Below, one piece after another: positions 42,270 to 54,361 of a stretch of DNA of 64,000 nucleotides; the first letter of the stretch is position 1; the number at the start of each line of letters is the position of its first letter. The position numbers and the translations under genes were made by a program. The notes beneath the pieces are model-generated. The model saw only the letters and a list, made by a program, of their open reading frames with translations. It ran no database searches and was not told the origin of the DNA. This DNA is from Blastocystis sp. Blastoise (taxonomy: Eukaryota; Protista; Bigyra: Opalinata). The stretch lies in the NCBI GenBank assembly GCA_039096225.1, contig JBBPEB010000023.1, positions 434,001-498,000 on the forward strand, written 5' to 3'.

Positions 42270-43979
42270 ATGAAGAATTTTTCTTTTGTTTTTTTATTTA
42301 TAGGAATCATCTTATCTTCAGTCCTCTATCATACTGTATATAAAAATAACTTCTATCTCACGCTCTTTAGATTGATCTCTTCATTGATATTGGTGTATAC
42401 AAATTTATTTCTATCTCTATTGTATAAATAGCTTGTTGAGTACATCAAAGATGTTCAGTCATTTAAAATCATCGATCAATTTCTTGATTGTTCTCCTCTC
42501 GACGTAAATTCTTTATTAAACTATCCAATTGGATTCAAAAGTATGTTTACAACATAGTACACTCATTTATATCTAATATACATTCATTTAGAAAAGAGAT
42601 TCAGATATATTACTCCTTCTTGGATTCATCAAAATCAAAATGAGTGTAGAAAAAAGATTATCATTGTGAATGAGAAAAGAAAATCTATTAAAAATGCATC
42701 TTTAGATTTGATGACTTCTTTTCTACTGTCTTTAAAACATTCTGATGAGGATAATGAAATCAAGAAAACGAAATGTAAATATTTATTAGTTTTTATAAAT
42801 AACAACATCCTATTAACCTGTATTTTCATTTTTAGATAACGATTTATCAGATCCTCTGGTGTCAAAATTTATTGGAGAGAATACTAAAGTGATTTATAGT
42901 CAAAAGTAATATAAATATAAACTTTTATATATATTTTTAATAATATATAGTAATTATTTACTTGTTTTAATTGTATATATGAGAACTCCACATGTATATA
43001 TATATATACTATTATTATGTTAGTTCTAATTATATCAATTTATTTTTTTTTATAATTTATATATAATAATTATATATATATAGAATAATAATTATTTATT
43101 TCAAACTCAGAAACTTATGTTATATTCACTCTCTCTTCTTCCTAGTTCTATTAAAGTTATATTATATACTAAAGTTAAACAATATACATATATTTGTGAT
43201 GAATATAATATCACTTATTATACATCTTATACGTATATATATATATAAGTATAAAGTATAATATTATTCTTTTTTATTTTCATTATATAACAATATATGA
43301 ATTAATTTATTGACGCAACTATATATATATAATTATATATATAATTATATATATATATAACTGTATATAGATAATTATGTATATATAATTATATATATAT
43401 AGTGAGAGTAAATATCACGCCCCTCTTTTTATTCCAATTATATCTTCTATTCAAAAACAATATAAAGGCTTATTTTATGGATATATTCACGGGGAATTAC
43501 TGGTTTCTAATAATATAGATACTATCTTAACAAATATATATAGTTTAATTGAATCTGGTATTATTCAAAAGAAGGTATATATATGTTTATATTATATATA
43601 TATATATATATGTTCATATATTTTTATATATATGTTCATATATGTTTTTATATGTTTATATATTTTTATATATATATTCATATATAACATAATTGATTTT
43701 CTACCTATATTTCTCTATATAAATTATCATATATATATATAGGTGTTTTTATCTGGTTTATATTATAGTCACGTGGAAACAACAAATATTTATTTTGGTA
43801 TATATATATATATATAATTGTATTTATTAGTTATAATTTAATATATATATATATATATATATATCATTATATTTATAAGGTTATCATTTAATATATATAT
43901 AGAATTATCTTCTAAACGAATGAATCGATATATAAATCGTAATATAAAATATACCGGAACAGATATACCTATTAGAATA

Positions 43980-44022
<43 letters not shown>

Positions 44023-46068
44023 AATATGCTAATACATTATATATTATTTAATTTTTATTTAAATATAAATATTTAATAATTCATAATCATATCTTAAAGA
44101 AATAATATATATATATAGGATTATTTTATGTTTTCTGCTGTTACTCTTTCTTCTGTTATATCTATGAATAAAACACAAATCGATTCATCATTAGGAAGAA
44201 TACTGTTTAATTATGTTTCTAACAGAAATGATATAGATACAATAGATATCACAAATGCTTGTATATATATATATATTCTTTTTTATAAATGTGTTTATCA
44301 ATATGTTTATTAGTGTATTCTTGATTGATATTTTATAAAATTCTATTTTTATTCATTAAATATATATGTATATAAATAAAATATTTTCATATTTATTATA
44401 TATATTGATACTATAATATTTATAAATATCATTAAATATCTAAACTATTCTAATGTTCATTAATACATTCAATATATTATTAATGAATCACTATTGTTTC
44501 TCCAGTAATTGTGTTCCATCCTTCTCTTTTATCTGAAAAACAGTTTTATGACGTTCACAGACAAATGTCGTTAAATAATCTATTTCGGCTTCCAAATAAC
44601 CGCGGTTCTTGGTCTATTCATAACAGTCTTTATACTTATAGTATTTTTTTTTTGTTTCTTTTAATATATTATTTGTTTATAATGATTAAAGTATTATTTT
44701 ATATTTCTTTTTTATTAGCTCGAATGATAGATGATTCATACTATTTATATTCCCGTGGTTATTTTGATGATACTTTTGACTTTTCAGAAATATCATTGCT
44801 TCAACAATATATCAACAAAAATACAAGTATGAATATATATATATTTATGTAAATATATATTGCTATTATTGAATAGAGAGTATTTGTTTGTTTATGAATC
44901 TATATTATATATATACATAATAAAGTTATAAATAAATATATATATAGGATTGGGATTATATTTAAGTAGTTATTCCCAGGGTTATTTTGCATCCTCTGTT
45001 TCCTTTTATAAAGCAGTTCATTTTGACTATTGGAAATGGTATATATATATATATAGTTATTTATATACAATTCAAAAGGATAATATGGTTTTTATGTACA
45101 CTATCCTAATATACAAACGAATTTGATAAATTTTATTTGTTATTATTATTATTATATAAATAGGAACCATATATCAGAGAACGTGACAAACTACTTTTTG
45201 AATTCTTCGTTTCTTATTAAACCAAAGTATATAATATTTATTTATTTATAGTATATTTATTTATAATCTATTTATTTATAGTATATTTATTTATAATCTA
45301 TTTATTTATAATAAACACGTTATTCTTCTTTTTATAATAAATATGTATCATTTCTAGTGTGTTTAGAACAAGTAATGATATTTGTTCTTTATATTATCAT
45401 TATTATCAATCTCTCTTCTCTTCTTCTTCTTCTTATACTGTTATATATATCGATGCTCCTTGCATCATTCATATTCTTTCTAATATATCCTTTATATTAT
45501 TATTATTATTATGCATATATTGAAATATAACTTTTTTCATTTTCAATGATTTTGTTACTAATATAAAATGATATAATATAATATAATAAAAATAATATAT
45601 TAAAATATTAAAATATAATAAAATATAATAAAATATAATAAAATATAATAAAATATATTAAAATATAATAAAATATATTAAAATATATTAAAATATAATA
45701 AAATATAATAAAATATAATAGTATATAAACAATACCATTTCCTTTATATATTTACGCTTATCAATATACTTCTTCTAGTACTTTGTTTATTATTAGAGGT
45801 TTAAATCAATATAATTATAAATATACAAAACAAATGATTCTTAAAGGATTCACATTAATTAACGAGTATATATATATATATACATACTTTGAATATAAAT
45901 TTTATTAAATATATAATAAAATAAATATATCTTATTTATTAATATTTCTATAAATTTAATTTATTTAGATATATTCCTTTAAATAATAAAGGTTTGTCAT
46001 TATCTATATTTCAGAAGAAAACAAAACATTTCTTTAAGTCTCTTATAGAATCTTTATATACTTTGTAA
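42270..46068 (+). CDS. Type-II membrane protein with a degenerate glycosyltransferase-like domain and a degenerate SAM-methyltransferase-like domain; about 18 exons, including a probable micro-exon and a U12 intron
   Basis: N-terminal anchor MKNFSFVFLFIGIILSSVLY; FYGYIHGELL, DYFMF, IDITNALIVFH; C-terminal GLYLSSYSQGYFASSVSFYKAVH and YTVIYIDAP. Exons join in phase to TAA at 46066-46068. Confidence 0.6.
45485..45755 (+). other. U12-type (minor spliceosome) AT-AC intron
   Basis: 5' end ATATCCTTT; branch-like TTTCCTTTAT at 45738-45747; 3' end TTTAC. A phase-0 join restores the frame, and the upstream exon has no usable GT donor. Confidence 0.8.
45590..45720. repeat. 10-bp minisatellite AAATAT(A/T)ATA-type array inside the U12 intron
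   Basis: About 12 tandem copies seen directly. Confidence 0.9.
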
Positions 46069-46974
46069 CATTAAGATATTCAGATACTCTTTTGGTAATA
46101 CTTTTATTTCTATTATATATATATAATATTCTGTTTGTTTTGAATATCTTTTTCCTTTTGTATATTCTATGAATACAAACGATACTTGAACACTGATAAT
46201 CACTAAAATACTTTCTAAATTCTTATTATTTGTATATAACTTGCTATTTGTGATTGCTTATTGTATTATATCGTTTTTTTTAGTATTCATTTTTTCAACT
46301 ATTTGTTTTTTTTGTAATATTATATATACTTGTATATTTTCTATATCACTTAAGACTTTCTTAAATATTATTAAATCATTATAAACTCAGTTTTGTTGTT
46401 GATTAATACATTTATATTTCACATTTTTGAAAAACACTAATACTAATTTCATGTAAGCAATCCACATATATTAATAATGATGAATACTCTTTAGAATTCA
46501 TTTTAGTTTGAGAGATTTATTGAATAAAACAACAATTACAGCATATTTTCAATTAGAATCGTTGAAAAAACTAGATAACATAAAATACTATTGTAAACAA
46601 TAATAATCTCCTTAATTAGTATAAGATTGATATGAATATCAAAGAAAGAAAAATAAAAATATTCTTTCGTTTCCCATGTTTATTTCATTCCCTAAAGTGC
46701 TAAAAAACAAATTTGTTTTTAAAAAATGTAAATCGACTTTTTGATTGTGTTTTGTAAAAATGGATTCTTTTATAAATCACGGGGATTTTGTTGTTTTTGA
46801 GAAAAGAACTGTACACGAGTCAATTATGGAAGGATACTTCTATGATTATTATAGGAAAAAATACCTGAACATGTCTTTAAGATGTTTTTATTTTATTTTT
46901 TGAAGAATTCCTCTAAGATTGCACAAAACATCTTTTGTTTTACCTTTTTTCTTATTAATTACATATAAATAAGG

Positions 46975-47689
46975 ATGGCTACTCGTGTTTTAACTATTGA
47001 ATATAATAATTTACAAAAACAATTTCACCGTCTCACCAATAAGCGTAATCAAGGTCAAATGGCCTCTCTTATTGGAAATGAAGATAATCTCAATAAACAA
47101 CTTTCTTCTGAAGTTGATGCTCCTTTTTGGGTTGAACAAATTAAGAGAATCAATAATGATTTAAAGGATATTGAGACAAAGTGTATATAAATATAAATAT
47201 ATTAGTTTTTATGAATCTATTTTGTGTTTTCATTTAAGATTTTATTTTATTTTCTTATTTTTATAGCTACCACTCTTGAAGCTACTTATAAAAATAGATT
47301 ATCTGCTGTTTTTGATGATCAAATTAAAACAGCTGAAGTCAATATTCAAATTCAAACTCAAGCTATCATGGATTCTCTTAAGAGAGTTGAAATGAGATTA
47401 AAAAGACTTGCTGAAGGAAGAGCTGATCAAAAGACAGAATCTATTGTTCGTCAAAATGTTCAACGTGGTTTAGCTTGTCGTCTTCAAGATCTTTCACTTA
47501 ATTTCAGAAAAAATCAGAAAGATTATGTTACTAAACTTCAAAATAAAAAAGTATTCTTATTTTATTATTATATTATTATATATAATTATAGGCTGGTGGT
47601 GCTGGTAATAGTGATGATGTTTTCAGTGGATTTGTATATATATATATAATATATATATATATATATCATTTATATATTGTAATTCAATA

Positions 47690-47727
<38 letters not shown>

Positions 47728-48372
47728 GGGTCCTGACATGAATGATCGTCAAAATGCTGCTGTTGATATGATGAAACGAAATGTACAAGAAAGAGATCAA
47801 GAAATACAAAAGATTTGTATATATAGAGTTATATTGATTATTATTCTATTTATTATTCTTATATTCATTATTATTCTTATATTCATTATTATTTTCATAT
47901 TATAAATAGAATTCTATAATAAACTATTAACTAATAATAATTATATATATAGCCAAATCTATTGAAGAATTAGCAATAATGTTTAAGGATTTAGGTACTT
48001 TAGTAATTGAGCAAGGATCTATGGTCGATCGTATTGATTATAATATGGAACAAACAGTGGTACGTATGAAGGAAGGTGTACAAGAACTTGTTAAAGTATA
48101 TCACTTTATATATAGTTATTTATTTATATAATAATTATCTTACAATTTATATTTTCTATTTTTCTTTTAATAAAAAATAATAATTTTCTAAAATAATTCA
48201 TAAAGAATCATCTTATAATAAATATTTCTATATATATATATAGGCTGATGAACATCAAAAATCAAGTAGACCTATGAAAATTATGATGACTTTAGCTCTT
48301 ATTGTTCTTGTTCTTGTTATTATTATTATCGTTAAAATGGTTAATAAAGCAAATGCCAATAAAACAGAATAA
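46975..48372 (+). CDS. STX16: Syntaxin-16/Tlg2-like Qa-SNARE; 6 exons
   Basis: MATR N-peptide, APFWVE, RLQDLSLNFRKNQKDY, SNARE motif ERDQEIQKISKSIEELAIMFKDLGTLVIEQGSMVDRIDYNME, C-terminal TM. Confidence 0.93.
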
Positions 48373-49048
48373 AAAAATAATTCTATTCTATATTTAATAT
48401 ATATGCTTCTTTTTTTAATTATCATTTATTTTATTAATTATAAAAAAATATTTCTGTACCAAATTATTTGTGTAGTATTATAGAGTGATACACTTCATTT
48501 TCCTTTATTGTTTTTATTCATTATTAACTTTCTATTTACTATTTAAAATACCATAAATGTAAACATAATAATTTAGGAAGAAAAAAAAGTTATATATAGG
48601 TTATTACAATCTTTATTATAATTATATAAACAAAATAAAAATAAAAAGTAGTATTATTAAATAATTTTCCAGAACTCAAAGGATAGGAAGATTTGTTTAT
48701 TGTATAGTACATATACATATAGTAATATAAATAGAAAATATAGAATATAAAAAAAAAGACTTTTTTAAACAATAGTAAGAAATAGAGGAGTGTTTATATA
48801 TATAGTGAAGTTAGCAAACCAAAGAAAATGATTCAATATAAATTTATAATTATGCATATACACAGTATAGAAAACAATAGCAATATAATTGGAATATAAT
48901 TAATAAAAAAAAAAGAGAGAAAAGAAAGAGTCTAATAAAGAATAATATATATATATATATTTAAATAAAAATATATAATAATAAAAATTGAATATTAGAG
49001 GATTATATTGTGTTTTTAAATATAAATTTATTTAAAATAAATCGATAT

Positions 49049-52000
49049 TTAAACAAATGAACGTAATTGTTTTTTAGGGAAATAAGTAGGATCATTACGA
49101 AGCCAATAATTATCCCAAATACGAAGATGTTTAAATGAACAATCCACATAAATAGATCCATCTAACATTTCATATTGGTTATTCATAAATTGTTGAATAT
49201 TAGCAGGATCATTGACATAAGTCCAAATAGAAACAGTCTTTGTTTTACCACTTCTTTCCATCTTTTGACGTTCACAATCATATAAGAAAGTACCAAAACG
49301 ACCTGAATAGAAATGATCTGCTAAGAATAACAAAAGATTTTCATTGAATTCAAAAACAGTAGGATATTGGCACATTATTTGATAAAGACAATCTAAGAAT
49401 AATAAGAAAACAGGAGAACGTTGTTTCTCATCAAAATCATGATTATCAGCACCAGTACGTAAACGGAATTGATGACCAAAACTAAAATAAATAAAAAAAA
49501 AATTATTATTATTATTATTATTATTATTTAATATTGTTGTATATAAAGAATAGGAATATTAATTAAATAATAATAAAGACTATAATAATAATAAATAAAT
49601 AAAATAATAATAAAGACTATAATAATAATAAATAAAAAAATAATAATAATAATAACAATGAAAAAACATACCTACACCATTCTTTTTCAATAAGTATTTC
49701 AAATCCTTTAAGAGTACGATAATAAGGATCCATACATAATTCACCTCCAGCGACCATTTGAGCAGTTCTATCCCAACCATCAGAACAATGAGCTAATACA
49801 GAACAACCTTCATCTTCCATATATTCAACAATACGAGTTAATGATACTAAAATACTATGGACTTGTTCATACCATAAAGCATCAGATAATAACTTATAGA
49901 AATCTTCATCACCTTTTGTAAAATCAGGAGAATATAATTCACTATAATATATATATATTATTATTATAATATATAAAAAGATAAAATATATAATAATAAT
50001 AATATTAGATAACATTAAAAAAACAATATATAATAACAACAATATTATATAAAAATAAAAAAACAAAAAAATGAAACATAAAAAACTACATACACCATTT
50101 TTTGAAGAGAAGTTCTAGCAGCATGAATATTAGCAATATTCATAAATAAAATATCCGCACCAGGATAATGTGATAAGTTTTCAGTACCTTTACCTCCAGC
50201 TTGATTGCCCATAGCAGCAATTCGACTACGTGCATCTACAATATAATAATGATCTGTTTTAGCACCACCAGCACCCATTAATAAACGTAAATGTTTTTCA
50301 TCTTCAGGACATCTTTTGACTTTAATACCCACCATAGGTTGTGCACAACGACATAATACAGCATGTGTTTTAGGATGCATCCATACAGCACAAGGTACAC
50401 GAGCTTTTGAACGATATTTACATACTTTAGCAAATTCATCTTCATCGATTCCACTTGGTATTAAGAAACGTTGAGGATAAGTAGGATTAGTATCATATCC
50501 TTGCATATATAATTGTAATTTAGGACAACTTAATAAACCAATACGTTCGTAATCAGTATATGCATCATATAAAGACCAACCATTCAAATCATTACTTGGA
50601 ATCAAAGAACGAGCCTCAGGTCTAGTTATATATATAATTTTATCATTATTAGAGTATTTGTGATAGGGTTATAAAATATATATTTATATGTTTATAAAAA
50701 AAAAACAAAAAAATAAAAAAGTAATTAAAATTAATATTGAAAAAAAAAATAATAATAATAATAAAAATAATAATAATAATAAAATCAACCTACCTATAAG
50801 CAAAAACATCATCATATTTAGCAGGGAAAGCATGATTTTCAATATATTCTGTAAATGTAGAAGTAGATTTAGAAGAACCAAATTGGAAATGAATCGTTTG
50901 TTTTGCTTTTAATATTAAATAAATATTTTTAGCACCAACTTCTTTAATTTGATCAATAGCTAATAAAGGACATTGCCAATCTTCTACACCAAGAGGACCA
51001 GGTATAGTTTCTTCAGTGGTTTCTTCAATAGGTATAGGAGATATATCTGTATTTGTAGTAGTAGAAGGAGTATCACTTTCTTCACCTTCTTTAGGACTAC
51101 GTGGACTACGAGGAGTAGTAGTAGTAGATTTATCTTTTTTACCATTCTTTAATTTTAAATAAGGATGGAATATAATACGATAATTAGTCACTATCATACG
51201 TCCTTTATGATATTCATATATTAATTCATAAAAAGAACCTTTTATTAATGGAACACGGAAATTACTTTCAACATTCACCATAATCTTTTCACCTACTAAT
51301 AAATAATCAGGTAAATAAGAATCAGAAAGATAAGATGATTTTTTAGATTTAGATTCTTCTAATTTTTGTTCTAAAACAGAACGTTCAACAAATTTAAGAT
51401 TTACAGGACGACCTGCAGCTTTGATTTCTTTAACAGCAGCACTAGCACTACCCTTCTTCTTCTTAGATTGAATAGGAGTATCATTAACAGCTATTAATAC
51501 AGCACCTACGTCTAATAAACCTGTTTGTTCAGCTACACCAGGTAAACCATTAGATTGTCTTTTAAAACGACTTATAATAACAAAAGGACCAGAAGAACCT
51601 AAAGTTAAACCTAAAGCACCTTCACCAAATTCAACAGTAACTTCAGACCATAATCCACGTTCTCTTTCTTCTAATTCAGATTTAACAGTAGCTTGATGTT
51701 TTTCACGATAAGCATTTATTTTATAATCAGGTAATGAATTAGCAAATGTTAATGCATTTTGAATAGTATTATTTGTATCAACTTCAGATAATTTTTGGAA
51801 TCCTTTCTTAATAGCATGTTGAGCTTCATCAATATCATCTTTTTTAATAAAAGAAGAAGAAGCAGTAATAGCTAATTCAACACAAATACAATCTATAATA
51901 GTATCAACAGAAAAACCTACATTAGCAGAATCATAAGCAATAATACAAAAACATATATCTAATATATGTAAAGCCATTTCTTCAGATATATCTCGAATAA

Positions 52001-52613
52001 AGAAAGAAGTAAATATACGTGTAAAATAAGGATTTAAATCAATGTCCATTGTATTCATATGATTAAAAATAGAATTATCTCTTTCAGATAATAAACTTTT
52101 AATAACACGAGTTTCACTTACATAACCTTTAGCATCTAAACCAAAATAAGGCTTGAAATTCTTATCGAAAAGAAGAATTAAAATAAAGAAAACATCAGTT
52201 TCAGAAACATATTTTAATAATACTTGAGCAATTAAAGCTAAACCTAAGAGATATTGATTCTTAGCATCATGAAGAGAGAAAGCCTTTAAGATCTTCTTTA
52301 AAGTAGCCTTGACGTCTTCATCTTCTTCATCAAGAGAATTAATATCACTATCAATATCAGCAAGAAGATCTTTTATTTCATCCTCACTTTGATCCACTAA
52401 TTCTTCATAACCGAAGTTCTCTTCAGCAGAAAGTTGAGCAATAGATTTATCTAAAAGAGCTTTCCAAGCAGTAGAACGATATTTATCAGGAATGTTATCA
52501 ATAGATAAGCATTGCTTTATAGTCTCAACGCTATCAGATGAATCAAAGGAAAAGTCTTTCCAAAAACTCTTCTTCTTATCATCAGAAATGGTGTTTCCAA
52601 ATAAAGTAGACAT
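49049..52613 (-). CDS. Myotubularin-family phosphoinositide 3-phosphatase with N-terminal TBC-like, PDZ-like and PH-GRAM domains; 4 exons
   Basis: Catalytic HCSDGWDRT, PTYP, LCRCAQP, IVDAR, GKGTE, IANIH, KEWCSFGHQF, QYPTVFEFNE. TBC-like IPDKYRSTAWKALL; PDZ-like EGALGLTL...AEQTGLLDVGAVLIAVND; GRAM-like GRMIVTNYRIIF. Confidence 0.92.
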
Positions 52614-53393
52614 TTTTTATTGGTTTATCTATATACTCTAATATTACAAATTATTAACAATTTATATACTTTGAATAATTACCCAAGTCAGTCTATAAAA
52701 TATGATGAATGTATTTTTTAACAAAATCTATTTTCTTTCTGTTCAGTGATCAAGTTATTCCCCACAAATCACTGTTTTTCCCACGAATAACCTCCCATTA
52801 TTTCGATATAATCTTTTGTCAATATCAACTCTTATAATAATCATACCATTTCCTGTTATTGTTTTATCTTCATTATAGATTCTATTTTTATTCGATCATT
52901 AAGAATGATTAATCTTTGTTTCTCATCTATTGCGTTGATTCGAATGATATGTATGAATTAAGAAGAAGTATATTAGGATTTATTTGATGAATAAACCCTA
53001 ATTTAAATGTGTGTTGTGTTCTCTAATGTTCTTTTTTACATTATTTACTTGAACTGCTAATTATTTAGAAACAGAATTTTAAAAAGAAAAATATTTCAAT
53101 TGTTTAATAAAAACAAAAAAAAATACACTACTGGCGAAGTGTGAATTTTCAATGTATTTCATAAACTTATGAGTTATAATAATATTTATAATCATTTATT
53201 GTGATTAAAAATGAATTCTTACCACTTTTTGAGTGATATTATACAATTAAAAGTCTATAAAATTAAATTAAACAACTAAGAATCCTGCTAAAAAACTAAT
53301 ATATCAAATAATTTACATTTCTAGGTAATTTACGCAAATAGAAAACGAACAATAACGCGACCATCATACTTTTTTATTCTTATTCATTTAGAA

Positions 53394-53866
53394 ATGAAGT
53401 CTTCTATTGTTCTGGTTTTATTTCTTATTACATTAAGTATTCCTACTTCTTATGCACTATCAAAAAAAGCTCCTGATGCTGTTTGTTCAATTGTTCTTCC
53501 CATTTTACATTATTATTATAGGTTTTACAGGAGATCAATTCGATAGAGCAGACGTGTTTATCCGAAAAATGTGTTCATTTGAATGAATTTGAAAATGGAA
53601 ACTGTGTGATGGATTGTATTTTTTTTATCTAAAATAAAATAAGTTATTTACATGTAGGTATAAGTCATTATTGTTGGAACCTTGTTTATTCTAGAGATCC
53701 TGTATGAATATTATAGGATATTTTTGTCATTTATATTTTTATTTATCTATTCTTTTAGTTAGAAGATGGAGAGATCGATGAATTACGTTTGAAAACATTT
53801 AAGGATTGTGTAATGAATGAAAGAATAAAAAGATATGAAGAAAGGAAAGAAATTCCTGTTGAATAA
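53394..53866 (+). CDS. Small secreted Cys-rich protein, DUF4787-like; 4 exons (missed by the ORF track)
   Basis: Signal peptide; spliced NCVMDCISHYCWNLVYSRDPLEDGEIDELRLKTFKDC matches my recollection of the family pattern C-x3-C-x-S-x2-C...DPLE-x-GEID. Confidence 0.8.
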
Positions 53867-54361
53867 TTATTGTTAAATATCTCTTTTTCTCACTTCTGTT
53901 GTCGTAAACTATATGTATGATCGGATATTTATTTCTAATATATACAAACATCGTTAAATTCATTTAATTGTTCTTCTTCTACGATTTTCATTTTTGGTTT
54001 CTTTCATTTTTTGTTTTCTTTTTAAATATTTTTTTTTTAATTCTAGATTTGTTGTTATATACAAATATGTTCATGAATATTATGTATTTGAATATTTAGT
54101 ATTAGTTATAAGAGTGATGTCTGTCGATGAAATGATCTAAAAAATTATTAAAAATCAGTATAACTTTATCGTTGATAAGAAACAATTACAAGTGTTATAA
54201 ACATTATTTTTTAAGGATTTATAAAATTCTTTATAAAAATAAACGAGAAATGAGAAAGTTCGTAGATTTGAAAAAATTGACAAAAAAATTTATTTTTTTT
54301 GTTACTATTGTTCATTAGCCTCGTTCTAACGTTTTATATTATATATATTTAATATATACAA

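Noticed and set aside
42254-42340. ATG at 42254 as the start of the glycosyltransferase-like gene
   Set aside because: That frame closes quickly; ATG 42270 gives a signal anchor and in-phase splicing.
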